DNA of 64,000 nucleotides from Fidelibacterota bacterium. GTDB taxonomy: Bacteria; Fidelibacterota; Marinisomatia; Marinisomatales; TCS55. Below, piece after piece: positions 31,585 through 41,638 of the stretch. The stretch covers positions 1-64,000 of the forward strand of contig JAPNQO010000053.1 of the NCBI GenBank assembly GCA_027251445.1, in the 5' to 3' direction. How positions within the stretch are numbered: the stretch's first letter is position 1; every line of letters begins with the position of its first letter. A model generated the notes under the pieces. The model saw only the letters and a list, made by a program, of their open reading frames with translations. It made no database searches and was not told the origin of the DNA. Position numbers and translations under genes: made by a program.

Positions 31585-32556
31585 ATGTCAAAAAAACTTG
31601 AAATTAAAATAAAAGCTGAAGATAAAAGTTTAACAAATACTTTTGGTAAGTTTATAGTAGAACCATTAGAAAGAGGGTATGGTATCACAATTGGGAATGC
31701 ATTAAGACGTGTTCTTCTAACCTGTTTGCCTGGTGCTGCAATTACAAATATTAGGATAGATGGTGTTTTACATGAGTTTTCTTCAATTGAAGGTGTCCAC
31801 GAGGATGTTTCGGATATTATTCAAAACCTTAAAGGAGTTCGATTTAAATTAGATGATAACGATCCTGAAAAAATAAGTATTAAGTTGGAAGGACCTTGCA
31901 AGTTTACTGCTGCTGATATTCAAAAAGCTACATCAGAGCTAAAGGTTTTAAATAAAAAACATTATATCACAGAAATAAATGAAGGCACTAAGTTAGATAT
32001 AGAAATAAAAATTGGTGTTGGTAAAGGTTATACACCTTCTGAAGAAAATGAACTTCCAAATGCTCCTTTAGGTACTATTGCGATTGATAGTATATTTAAT
32101 CCAGTTACTAAAGTAATGTTTAATGTAACTCCAGTTCCAGGTGCAAAAGAACCAATTGAATTGTTATCATTAGAAGTAACAACTGATGGATCAATTGAAC
32201 CCCAGGATGCTGTTAGCTATTCCGCTACAGTGCTAATGGATCAATTACGAATAGTTGAATCAATTAGTAAACCTGAGGTTCTTGAAATTTCAGAACCAGT
32301 AAGCGAGGAAGTGTTAGAAATACGCAAGTTATTGAATTTAACTATTGATGAGATGGAGTTATCAGTGCGAAGTCATAATTGTCTCCAGGCTGCAGGTATA
32401 AAATTCATTTATGAATTAGTAAGTAAAGAAGAAAATCAAATGCTTAAATATAAAAATTTCGGTAGAAAATCATTAACTGAACTAGTTGAAAAACTTGATG
32501 AAATGGGCCTTAGTTTTGGTATTGAAGTTGATAAATATTTAAAAGAAGAAGTTTAA
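31585..32556 (+). CDS. rpoA: RNA polymerase alpha subunit
   Basis: EPLERGYG.T.GNALRRVLL, VLHEFS, C-terminal LSVRS.NCL and NFGRKSL. Confidence 0.97.
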   Translation: MSKKLEIKIKAEDKSLTNTFGKFIVEPLERGYGITIGNALRRVLLTCLPGAAITNIRIDGVLHEFSSIEGVHEDVSDIIQNLKGVRFKLDDNDPEKISIKLEGPCKFTAADIQKATSELKVLNKKHYITEINEGTKLDIEIKIGVGKGYTPSEENELPNAPLGTIAIDSIFNPVTKVMFNVTPVPGAKEPIELLSLEVTTDGSIEPQDAVSYSATVLMDQLRIVESISKPEVLEISEPVSEEVLEIRKLLNLTIDEMELSVRSHNCLQAAGIKFIYELVSKEENQMLKYKNFGRKSLTELVEKLDEMGLSFGIEVDKYLKEEV

Positions 32557-32561
32557 ATATA

Positions 32562-32978
32562 GTGAGACACCGAAAAAAAGGTAGAAAGTTAGGGGTTAAT
32601 CCTAGTCATAGAAGAGCTTTGTTATCGAATATGGCTGAAAATTTAATACTTCACAAGCGTATTAAAACTACAGAGTCAAGGGCTAAGGAGTTACGTAGAT
32701 ATATTGAGCCTCTTATTACAAAAGCAAAAAAAGGCGATCTAAATTCAATAAGAATGATAGGGAGAAAGATTCGTCATAAAGAAACTGTAGGTATTTTATT
32801 GAATGATATAGCTCCAGTGTATGAAAATAGAAATGGGGGCTATACGCGTATTGTTAAGCTTGGATTTAGGGATAACGACAGGGCTTCGGTAGCATTGATT
32901 GAGTTTGTAGATATGGAAGGTTCTAAGGATTCTGAACTTGCACTTTCAACTTCTAATGAAGATAATAAATCAGAATGA
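32562..32978 (+). CDS. rplQ: 50S ribosomal protein L17
   Basis: MRHRK.GRKL, RNGGYTRI; GTG start. Confidence 0.97.
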   Translation: MRHRKKGRKLGVNPSHRRALLSNMAENLILHKRIKTTESRAKELRRYIEPLITKAKKGDLNSIRMIGRKIRHKETVGILLNDIAPVYENRNGGYTRIVKLGFRDNDRASVALIEFVDMEGSKDSELALSTSNEDNKSE

Positions 32979-32997
32979 ATATAATTTATACTTAGAA

Positions 32998-34194
32998 GTG
33001 GTTTTTTCTAATACGGTTTTATTTAAAAGGGCAATCTCAATGGTTGCCCTTCTTTTTATATCAAATTTAAATATTATTTTTTCTAAGGATATTGATAAAA
33101 ATAATTCTATTAATTATCAATGTCTGTGGGTAGTAAGAGATGCTTTAAAATCAGAGAAATCAATTGATGAGCTAATTAATTTTGCATCTGAAAAAAAAAT
33201 AAATGATTTATTTGTGCAAGTTAGGGGGCGGGGAGATGCATTATACAATTCCCAAATTATTCCTAGAAGTCAATTACTTCCTGATAATGATTTTGATCCG
33301 CTCTTATATTTACTTAAAAATATTAAAGATAAAGGTATTAAAGTACATGCTTGGGTGAATGTGTATCTTTTATGGTCAAGTAAGACATTACCTAGAGATG
33401 AAAAACATCTTATATATAATAATAATGAATGGATAGACACCACTGAAGAATGGCCAGTAGATATAGATAACGAACTGAATAAAGTATCAAAAAACAATGG
33501 TAGTGAAGGTATATTTCTTTCCCCTAATCATCCTGAGGTAAATAATTATTTATTATATGTTTTTAAGGAATTATTAGATAAGTATGAAATAGATGGATTG
33601 CATTTAGATTATATTCGTTATCAAGATATTGATTTTGGAAGAAATCCCTATGCAATTGCTCAATTCAAAAAAGATGTGGGTAGAGACCCAACTCCATGGT
33701 TCTTAGAAGTGGAAAGAAGCAATAAAGCAAGTCCAAGATTAATAGGAAATATGAAACAATGGAGTAATGCAAAAAGAAAATCTATTACAAACCTAGTAAA
33801 AGAAACTAAAAGTTTAATAAATGATTCATATCCAGAAGTCCTTCTATCTGCAGCAGTGAAACCTAACCTTTATATTGCAAGAGAAAGGTTCTTACAGGAA
33901 TGGGATGTATGGTTAGCTGCTGGATATGTTGATTGGGTAGTGCCAATGAATTATTCCCCAAATATGAGAGAATTTTCACGAAATATTAGTGTTATTAATG
34001 ATCATTTTACAAAGAAATACCGTGATAAAATTATTATGGGGATTGCTATTTATAACCAAGACCCAATTGATGCAGCAAAAAAAGTTAAATATTCTATTGA
34101 TGAAAGATTTATTGGTATTTCAGTTTTTTCATATAATCAAATGAAAAGAAACTCAGATTATTCTATATTATTTGATAATATAAATGAAAAATAA
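32998..34194 (+). CDS. Glycosyl hydrolase-like GHL10 (DUF187/YddW-like) protein, probably exported; start uncertain (GTG 32998 or ATG 33040)
   Basis: [42 protein letters not shown]...GYVD...PMNY. Confidence 0.8.
   Translation: MVFSNTVLFKRAISMVALLFISNLNIIFSKDIDKNNSINYQCLWVVRDALKSEKSIDELINFASEKKINDLFVQVRGRGDALYNSQIIPRSQLLPDNDFDPLLYLLKNIKDKGIKVHAWVNVYLLWSSKTLPRDEKHLIYNNNEWIDTTEEWPVDIDNELNKVSKNNGSEGIFLSPNHPEVNNYLLYVFKELLDKYEIDGLHLDYIRYQDIDFGRNPYAIAQFKKDVGRDPTPWFLEVERSNKASPRLIGNMKQWSNAKRKSITNLVKETKSLINDSYPEVLLSAAVKPNLYIARERFLQEWDVWLAAGYVDWVVPMNYSPNMREFSRNISVINDHFTKKYRDKIIMGIAIYNQDPIDAAKKVKYSIDERFIGISVFSYNQMKRNSDYSILFDNINEK
33027..33058 (+). terminator. Putative intrinsic terminator closing the ribosomal supercluster
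   Basis: AAGGGCAATC-TCAAT-GGTTGCCCTT hairpin followed by CTTTTT, about 50 nt after the rplQ stop. Confidence 0.6.
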
Positions 34195-35839
34195 TATTAA
34201 ACCTCCTATTGGGAATAATTTAACCTGTAAAAATTGGCAGATTGAAGCGCCATACCGAATGATACAAAATAATCTTCATCCTGATGTGGCAGAGGATCCA
34301 GAAAATTTAGTAGTTTATGGTGGTAAGGGAAAAGCAGCAAGGAATTGGGATTGTTATAAGGCTATAGTTCGATCATTGAAAGAACTAAATGAAGATGAGA
34401 CGCTTTTAGTCCAATCAGGTAAACCTGTTGGAGTAGTAAAAACCCACCTTTCTGCGCCTAGAGTTTTAATTGCTAATTCAAATTTAGTCCCTAACTGGGC
34501 TAATTGGGAACATTTCAATGAGCTGGATAGAAATGGTTTGACTATGTATGGTCAAATGACAGCTGGTTCCTGGATATATATAGGTACACAAGGAATTTTA
34601 CAGGGAACATATGAAACATTTGCAGCTGCAGCAAAGCAGCATTTTGATAGTGATTTAAGAGGAAGGCTAGTTGTGTCTGCAGGTTTAGGAGGTATGGGAG
34701 GAGCTCAACCTTTAGCTGTTACAATGAATAATGGTGTGGCTTTAATTGTTGAGTCTGATCCTTCAAAGATTCAAAGGCGTTTAGATACACAATATCTTCA
34801 ATATTCTACGGAATCATTAAATGAAGCGATTAGTATGGTTAAGAAAGCTATAAATAGTAAAAAGCCATTATCCGTTGGGCTATTAGGAAATGCTGCAGAT
34901 ATTATACCAAATTTAGCCAAAATGGATATAATACCTGATTTTGTTACCGATCAAACATCAGCTCATGACGAATTAGATGGATATATCCCAAATGGCTATA
35001 CTTATCAAGAAGCTTTAGCTTTAAGAAAAAATAATCCAGATGAATATATTAAAGAGAGCTATCGTGCGATGAGCGAACATTGCAAAGGTATACTAGCACT
35101 GAATCAGAAAGGTTCTATATGCTTTGATTATGGAAATAATCTTAGAGGTCAAGCAATGAAGTCTGGAGTTCAAAATGCTTTTGATTTTCCAGGTTTTGTA
35201 CCTGAATATATAAGACCATTATTTTGTGAAGGTAGGGGGCCTTTTAGATGGGTTGCATTATCTGGAGAAAAAGAAGATATTTTTAAAACTGACAATAAAA
35301 TAATGGAAATGTTTCCAAATGATAATACGTTAACTCGATGGATTAAATTAGCTCGAGAAAAAGTAAAATTTCAAGGGCTGCCTGCAAGAATTTGCTGGTT
35401 GAATTATGAACAAAGATCTCAATTTGGAGTTGAATTAAATAATATGGTTGCAAAAGGTGAGCTTTCAGCCCCTATTGTAATTGGAAGAGACCATTTAGAT
35501 ACTGGTTCTGTTGCTTCACCATATAGAGAAACTGAAGGTATGTTGGATGGCTCTGATGCAGTTGCTGATTGGCCGTTATTAAATGCACTAATGAATACTG
35601 CAAGTGGTGCTACATGGGTATCTATTCATCATGGTGGTGGAGTTGGTATGGGTTTATCTATTCATTCAGGACAAGTTATTTGTGCTGATGGCACTAAAGA
35701 AATGGAAAAAAGACTTGAACGTGTTCTTAGTAATGACCCTGGCATTGGAATATTGCGTCATGCTGATGCAGGGTATGAAAATGCTAAATATCATGCAAAT
35801 AATTGGAATATAGAAATTCCCATGAAAGAAAATAATTAA
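34184..35839 (+). CDS. hutU: Urocanate hydratase
   Basis: [43 protein letters not shown]. Confidence 0.98.
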   Translation: MKNNIKPPIGNNLTCKNWQIEAPYRMIQNNLHPDVAEDPENLVVYGGKGKAARNWDCYKAIVRSLKELNEDETLLVQSGKPVGVVKTHLSAPRVLIANSNLVPNWANWEHFNELDRNGLTMYGQMTAGSWIYIGTQGILQGTYETFAAAAKQHFDSDLRGRLVVSAGLGGMGGAQPLAVTMNNGVALIVESDPSKIQRRLDTQYLQYSTESLNEAISMVKKAINSKKPLSVGLLGNAADIIPNLAKMDIIPDFVTDQTSAHDELDGYIPNGYTYQEALALRKNNPDEYIKESYRAMSEHCKGILALNQKGSICFDYGNNLRGQAMKSGVQNAFDFPGFVPEYIRPLFCEGRGPFRWVALSGEKEDIFKTDNKIMEMFPNDNTLTRWIKLAREKVKFQGLPARICWLNYEQRSQFGVELNNMVAKGELSAPIVIGRDHLDTGSVASPYRETEGMLDGSDAVADWPLLNALMNTASGATWVSIHHGGGVGMGLSIHSGQVICADGTKEMEKRLERVLSNDPGIGILRHADAGYENAKYHANNWNIEIPMKENN

Positions 35840-37045
35840 ATGCTTCAATTGAAAAACATAGGCATTTTATCAACTTATAATTCAAAAACGGACTCATTTG
35901 ATTATTTAAAAAATTGTAATATTGATATTGAAAATGGAATTATCATTGGTTTAGGTGAAAGTAAACATAATGGTGATCAAGTAATTGATTGCAATCACAA
36001 ACTTGTTACACCTGGGTTTGTTGATGCACATACGCACCCTGTTTTTGTGAATGGAAGGGAAAAAGAATTTATAGAAAGAATTTCTGGTAAAAGTTATCAA
36101 GAAATATCAAATAATGGAGGAGGTATAAATTCAAGTATAATAGGAGTTAGAGAAATAGATGAAATTGACTTATTAGATTTAGTAATTAAGAGAATGGATG
36201 ATTTTATTAATATGGGGACAACAACAATTGAGGCAAAAACTGGTTATGGATTAAATACAGATTCTGAATTAAAATCCCTTAGAGTTCTAGAAAATGCTCA
36301 TAATAAACATAAAATAGATATTTTCCCTACTTTTCTTGGCGCTCATTCTATTCCTAATGAATATAATGGTGATTCCAATGCTTATACTGATTTATTATGT
36401 AATGAAATGATACCAGCTGTAGCAAAGCAAGGTATTGCAAAATTTTGTGATGTTTTTTGTGAAGAAGAATATTTTGATTGTAATCAATCTCGTAAAATTT
36501 TAGAAAAGGCCGTTGAATATGATTTAATTCCACGAATGCATACAGATGAATTTTCAAGCATAGGTGGAGTAAAAATAGCATCAAAAATAAATGCTATATC
36601 TGCAGATCATTTAATGGAAATTTCAGATGAGGATATAGAATTATTGGCCAATTCCAATACAATAGCAATATTATTACCAGGTACTACTTTTTTCTTAGGT
36701 AAAACAACGTATGCACCAGCACGTAAATTAATAGATAAAGGAGTTCATGTTTCCATAGCCACTGATTTTAATCCTGGGAGTTGCCATATTAAATCAATGC
36801 CATTTATTATAGGATTATCATGCATTTATCTGGGCTTATCGATTGAAGAAGCATTAAAAGCAGCAACTTGGTCAGGTGCATGTGCCATAAATGAACAAGA
36901 AAGAATTGGTTCCATTGAGGTTGGAAAAAAAGCAGATTTAATAATTTGGGATTTAGATACAATTGATCAGATACCATATAATATTATAAATGCTCCTATA
37001 GTAAATGTGATAAAAGATGGTGTACCATTGATAACCCTTGATTAG
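35840..37045 (+). CDS. hutI: Imidazolonepropionase
   Basis: PGFVDAHTH, GGGI, E.KTGYGL, SADHL, ATDFNPG; follows hutU. Confidence 0.95.
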   Translation: MLQLKNIGILSTYNSKTDSFDYLKNCNIDIENGIIIGLGESKHNGDQVIDCNHKLVTPGFVDAHTHPVFVNGREKEFIERISGKSYQEISNNGGGINSSIIGVREIDEIDLLDLVIKRMDDFINMGTTTIEAKTGYGLNTDSELKSLRVLENAHNKHKIDIFPTFLGAHSIPNEYNGDSNAYTDLLCNEMIPAVAKQGIAKFCDVFCEEEYFDCNQSRKILEKAVEYDLIPRMHTDEFSSIGGVKIASKINAISADHLMEISDEDIELLANSNTIAILLPGTTFFLGKTTYAPARKLIDKGVHVSIATDFNPGSCHIKSMPFIIGLSCIYLGLSIEEALKAATWSGACAINEQERIGSIEVGKKADLIIWDLDTIDQIPYNIINAPIVNVIKDGVPLITLD

Positions 37046-37089
37046 AAAAAGATATGCCTGTAAACTTCGTATTATATTTATTTATATAA

Positions 37090-37545
37090 ATGAAATCCAT
37101 GAATAAAATTTTTATCATATTTTTATTTGCTGTAATTAGTTCTGAGGTTCTACATGCAAATTATGCTTTTTATCGAAAGGTAACTAACACATGTAAATCC
37201 TATCGTATTGAAGTAAAAGCAGATGATATGGATCTTAATCTTGAAAATAATGACTTTTCTATAAATCTTATAAGTAGAAGAAATAATTTTGAGATGATAA
37301 TGCTTATTGGGTTTGCATCGGCTGGCCAAGCAATTATTCATCAAAGACATCTTCAAGAAACAATAAATAATTATGAAGCAATAGTACCTGATAAAGTCAA
37401 TGTGGTTGTTACGGTTCCTGTTGGAAGAAATAATACAATATTTTCAGCGGAAGCAAGCTCTGCAATGGTGCAAAAACTTGCTGATGGAACAGTAGATACT
37501 GCTGACTTTATGAGAAAAATAAAAGATTCAATTCAAACATTTTAA
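37090..37545 (+). CDS. Hypothetical exported protein
   Basis: 151-aa ORF with a signal-peptide-like N terminus; no family recognised. Confidence 0.7.
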   Translation: MKSMNKIFIIFLFAVISSEVLHANYAFYRKVTNTCKSYRIEVKADDMDLNLENNDFSINLISRRNNFEMIMLIGFASAGQAIIHQRHLQETINNYEAIVPDKVNVVVTVPVGRNNTIFSAEASSAMVQKLADGTVDTADFMRKIKDSIQTF

Positions 37546-37557
37546 GGAGGAATAATT

Positions 37558-37794
37558 ATGTTAGATCCTACTAGCTTTTCTGGATTATTGGCAGAATATG
37601 GACGTGCAATAGGATGGTCTGTAGCTGCTGCTATTGGGTTTTCATTTGGCGTTGGATTAGCTTTAAAAGTTTTTGATTGGCTATCAAGCGATATTGATGA
37701 ATGGGAAGAAATTAAAAAAGGTAATATGGGTGTTGCTTATATTTTTGTTGCCTTGATCGTGATGGTTGGAGTTTTAGTTTATAAAGTAATCTAA
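37558..37794 (+). CDS. DUF350-like small membrane protein
   Basis: Two TM helices around FDWL...DEWEEIKKGNMGVA; strong AAGGAGG SD. Confidence 0.8.
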   Translation: MLDPTSFSGLLAEYGRAIGWSVAAAIGFSFGVGLALKVFDWLSSDIDEWEEIKKGNMGVAYIFVALIVMVGVLVYKVI

Positions 37795-37817
37795 ACCAAA
37801 AAATAATATTATACTAT

Positions 37818-37841
37818 AAAGGGCCCTGAAAGGCCCTTTTT
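37818..37841. terminator. Bidirectional intrinsic terminator
   Basis: AAAGGGCC-CTGAAA-GGCCCTTTTT between convergent genes. Confidence 0.75.
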
Positions 37842-39321
37842 ATTTTAGTATAATAATTATAAATAATGCAGATAAAGTGTTAAGAAAATTTACCATGTCA
37901 TTATCAATATAGTATATTCCAGATATATGAAGAGTAGTTGAATTACAGTGTTTTCTCTTTTCTGTTAAATTATTGCACTTTGAACATTGAAAATTTGCTT
38001 GGATAGATCCTCCAATAAGTGAATCGATAAGACTGCCAAGACTACCTGTAATAATGATTAAATAAAATAATTGCAACGAGATATCCCATATCATTCCAAT
38101 TGAAGCAATCACTACAGCTCCCAATATAGATCCAAAAGTTCCAATAAATGAAATGGCTCCTGAAGTTCCTTTTGTTACCCTTGTAAATCTTATTATATGA
38201 AATGGATTTCTACTATTAAATGAACCTATCTCACTTGCCCAAGTATCTGCAGTTGCTGCGGCAATAACTGCAAGATATAATATGTATAAATTTTCATTTG
38301 GTTCATAAAAATTAATTAATGCTAGAATTGTTGCAATGCCACCATTTGCCAAAACTTGGATAATGTCACGTTTTGATCCTTTATTTAAATGGTTATCTGA
38401 CATAGATAATTTTGATATAATTGATGATAGCAAGAAGAATGTAACTATGGGAGTTATCCACTTTAATCCACCAGCTCCAAAAATTATTATGCCCATGATA
38501 TATGCTGTAATAACACCGTTTTTGTTTAAAGATTTAAGTTTATAGGCAAAAAGAAAAACAATTCCAGATAAAAAACTCCATATTAATAAGCTAAATAAAT
38601 CACCGTGAGTATAGTTGATAAGATATAAGTCATAGCTTAATGCGGCAAGTATAGGCACAGAAAAATTATCAGAACCCTGTGAACTATTTGATTCGGATAA
38701 AGTTACTATCATAGCAACAAATCCACTTACTCCAATTAATATTGGTAGAGGTATAAAGAATGCAGCATTAAAAAGCCATGCAAATAAATCTGTACCTACA
38801 TAAATAATCATAAAACTTGATAGAAACATACCAACGCATCCCTCAATAGACTTAGTATCTTTCCATATTTTGAATTGTCTAGAGTTAGCTGTCCTTTCTC
38901 CAATTATTGCTGCAATTGTATCAGAAAATGTCATAATTAAAATAGATAAGACCAGCGTAATAGGCTTTTCCCACCAAAAAGCAGCTAATATTAGAAATGC
39001 AAATGGAAAATAAATTGTACCATAACTAACTCTTTCAGTTGAATGCATTCCCTTAAAAGCTTCATACTTTAATGCGAGAGCATTAATAATTATAAAAACA
39101 ATAGCAAGAGTTAAAGGAGGAAAGTTTGATTCAAAAATAAATGGACAGATTGATACTAATGTTCCAACAATTACATGTACAAGCTTGCGACTAGACTCGG
39201 GTTTCCATCGAAGATATTTACGTGAAAGTTCACTAATTCCTATTAATAGAAATATTGTTATTAGAAATAGAAGAAAAGTCATCCATTCATTAGTAAAAGG
39301 TTTCCAAATTGGTAAATGCAT
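37840..39321 (-). CDS. Fusion of phytol/dolichol-kinase-like domain and DUF92 (TMEM19/VTE6-like) domain
   Basis: N half: SRKLVH, YGTIYF, D.IAAIIG, KSIEG, DNFSVP; C half: RDIIQVLANGG, AATADTWASEIG, GTSGAIS, DSLIG, NDMVN. Confidence 0.85.
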   Translation of the reverse strand: MHLPIWKPFTNEWMTFLLFLITIFLLIGISELSRKYLRWKPESSRKLVHVIVGTLVSICPFIFESNFPPLTLAIVFIIINALALKYEAFKGMHSTERVSYGTIYFPFAFLILAAFWWEKPITLVLSILIMTFSDTIAAIIGERTANSRQFKIWKDTKSIEGCVGMFLSSFMIIYVGTDLFAWLFNAAFFIPLPILIGVSGFVAMIVTLSESNSSQGSDNFSVPILAALSYDLYLINYTHGDLFSLLIWSFLSGIVFLFAYKLKSLNKNGVITAYIMGIIIFGAGGLKWITPIVTFFLLSSIISKLSMSDNHLNKGSKRDIIQVLANGGIATILALINFYEPNENLYILYLAVIAAATADTWASEIGSFNSRNPFHIIRFTRVTKGTSGAISFIGTFGSILGAVVIASIGMIWDISLQLFYLIIITGSLGSLIDSLIGGSIQANFQCSKCNNLTEKRKHCNSTTLHISGIYYIDNDMVNFLNTLSALFIIIILK

Positions 39322-39386
39322 TGGTTAAAAATTATATAGCATAGTATATAAATAATAGATTTGATTTTTTAAAAAGTATTCCTGGA

Positions 39387-39415
39387 TTGGTGAACAACAA
39401 ATTTTCATTTATATT
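39387..39415 (+). promoter_or_regulatory. Putative promoter for the ppk2 operon
   Basis: TTGGTG-17 nt-TATATT, similar to the element at 1674-1702. Confidence 0.45.
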
Positions 39416-39458
39416 TCAACGTGTAAATCAAATAATGATTTGTTAAATGGGGGAGTTT

Positions 39459-40232
39459 ATGAAATATAATGAGGAAATTGAAAGCCTGCAGGTTGAACTA
39501 CTCAAAATGCAGACTCATGTAAAAAATAAAGGTTTAAGAATTGCACTAATCTTTGAAGGTCGTGATGCTGCTGGTAAAGGAGGCACTCTTAAAAGAATTA
39601 CAGAACATTTGAATCCTCGAGGCGCAAGAGTTGTTGCTCTTGAAAAACCGAGTGACCGTGAAAAGACACAATGGTATTTTCAACGTTACGTTGCTCATTT
39701 ACCTGCAGCAGGTGAAATTGTTTTGTTTGATCGAAGTTGGTATAATAGAGCGATGGTTGAACCTGTTATGGGGTATTGCACAGATGAACAACATAAAAGG
39801 TTTTTAAAATACGCACCTCAATTTGAAGAGTTATTAGTTAAAAGTGGAATCAAATTATTTAAATTTTATTTTTCTGTATCAAAGAAAGAACAAGGAAATA
39901 GGTTTAAATCCCGCGAAACTGATCCATTAAAGCAATACAAACTATCTCCAGTAGATAAACAAGCTCAAGAATTATGGGATCAATATTCCATTCGTAAATT
40001 CGAAATGCTTAACTCTACAAATCGTACACTGACTCCTTGGACTATTATACGTTCAGACGATAAGAAAAAAGCACGTATTAATTGTATTAAAAATATTTTA
40101 TCAAATGTTGATTATGATGGAAAAATTAGTAAAAAAAATCTTGAGTTTGATTCTGAAATTGTTATTTCAGGCATTGATGAAATAAAAATAATGGAAGATA
40201 ACTTGTTAAACCCTGAATTATTGCCTGGTTAA
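39459..40232 (+). CDS. ppk2: Polyphosphate kinase 2, single domain
   Basis: FEGRDAAGKGG Walker A, QWYFQRY, FDRSWYNRA; ATG 39459 follows GGGGAG (alternative start 39447). Confidence 0.95.
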   Translation: MKYNEEIESLQVELLKMQTHVKNKGLRIALIFEGRDAAGKGGTLKRITEHLNPRGARVVALEKPSDREKTQWYFQRYVAHLPAAGEIVLFDRSWYNRAMVEPVMGYCTDEQHKRFLKYAPQFEELLVKSGIKLFKFYFSVSKKEQGNRFKSRETDPLKQYKLSPVDKQAQELWDQYSIRKFEMLNSTNRTLTPWTIIRSDDKKKARINCIKNILSNVDYDGKISKKNLEFDSEIVISGIDEIKIMEDNLLNPELLPG

Positions 40233-40239
40233 TATATTA

Positions 40240-40743
40240 TTGAAAAGCTTATTTCTAACTAGACACGCGAAATCAAGTTGGAATCATGTAGGCTTGTCTG
40301 ATATTGAACGTCCACTGAATAGTCGTGGTGAAAAAGCAGCGCCTTTTATGGGGCAATTAATTTATGAAAAGTCAGATATTCCTGATTTACTTATTTCTAG
40401 TCCTGCAAACAGAGCATTTTCTACTGCTAAAGCATTTGCAAAAATATTTGGATTGATTAAAAATGACATTATAATAAATGATACTATTTATGGGGCTGGT
40501 CCATATCAGTTGCTTGATATAGTTAAGGAACAAGATAATTTGTATCAATCCGTAATGTTATTTGGACACAACCCAACTTTTACAACTTTTGCTAACATGC
40601 TAACAAATGAAAATATTTTTAATGTTGTAACATGTGGGGTGGTAAAGATTGATTTTAATGTTAAAAATTGGCTAGATATTGATTATGGTTCTGGGATTAT
40701 GAATTACTATGAATATCCGAAGAAATACCAAAAGAAATCATAA
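40240..40743 (+). CDS. SixA-like histidine phosphatase
   Basis: RHAKSSW, D.ERPLN.RG, SSPA.RA..T, GHNP. Confidence 0.9.
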   Translation: MKSLFLTRHAKSSWNHVGLSDIERPLNSRGEKAAPFMGQLIYEKSDIPDLLISSPANRAFSTAKAFAKIFGLIKNDIIINDTIYGAGPYQLLDIVKEQDNLYQSVMLFGHNPTFTTFANMLTNENIFNVVTCGVVKIDFNVKNWLDIDYGSGIMNYYEYPKKYQKKS

Positions 40744-40784
40744 GGTCTAATTAGTAACGAGTATGAATTATCTTTAAAGAATAA

Positions 40785-41630
40785 ATGATTATTGTATCAA
40801 CTTTTATTGTATCGTTCATAATAATTATTTTATTGCTGTACTTTTATACTTTTCGTCAAGTACAAAAGTTGCCTTTTAATTCTCCCGACAACTTTTTGAC
40901 TTTAAATAATACCAACCCAGAATCACAAACCGTTATATGTTTTGGTGATAGCATTACGCATGGTCAGGTTAGTTATAATTATGTGAATATTCTTGTGGAA
41001 AAAATGTCAAAAAAAGGATTCAATTTTGTAAATGCAGGTGTAAATGGTAATTTGGTTTATAACTTAATTCAAAGGATGGATACGATTGTTGATTGTAATC
41101 CAAATTATATAACGATTCTTATTGGAACGAATGATGCTAACTCAACATTAAGTGAAAAGAATAGTGCTAGATATATAAAGAATATGTCTCTTCCTGAGAA
41201 ACCTGATAAAGATTCATTTAAGAAAAATTATTTATATTTAATCAAAGAGTTAAAAAAACAAACAAATGCAAAAATTGTATTATTATCAATACCCCCTATA
41301 GGAGAGGATAAAAATCATATATCGTTTGAAACATCAAAAGAATACAGTGAAATCATACAAAATATTTCTATAGATCAAAATGTTGACTATATACCACTTC
41401 ATGAAAAGATAGATGAATATTTAGGTCCAGATAATCATCCCAAAATATCATATGATGAAGGATATAGATGGGTGATGGTTAAAGGATTTTTTTTACATTT
41501 TTTGTTTGGTTATAACTTTGATAGGATCGCGTCTAAAAATGGTTTTGTTATACTAACAGATTTTTTACACTTAAATAGTTCTGGAGCCAAATTAATTGCA
41601 GGTTTAATCCAAAAATGGTTAATAAAGTAG
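40785..41630 (+). CDS. Membrane-anchored SGNH/GDSL hydrolase
   Basis: FGDSIT, NAGVNG, IGTND, DFLH blocks; N-terminal TM helix. Confidence 0.9.
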   Translation: MIIVSTFIVSFIIIILLLYFYTFRQVQKLPFNSPDNFLTLNNTNPESQTVICFGDSITHGQVSYNYVNILVEKMSKKGFNFVNAGVNGNLVYNLIQRMDTIVDCNPNYITILIGTNDANSTLSEKNSARYIKNMSLPEKPDKDSFKKNYLYLIKELKKQTNAKIVLLSIPPIGEDKNHISFETSKEYSEIIQNISIDQNVDYIPLHEKIDEYLGPDNHPKISYDEGYRWVMVKGFFLHFLFGYNFDRIASKNGFVILTDFLHLNSSGAKLIAGLIQKWLIK

Positions 41631-41638
41631 GATATTAA

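Noticed and set aside
32938..32997. Long N-terminal extension of the GHL10 protein overlapping rplQ
   Set aside because: A signal-peptide-like start lies downstream (32998 or 33040); the upstream TTG is likely incidental.
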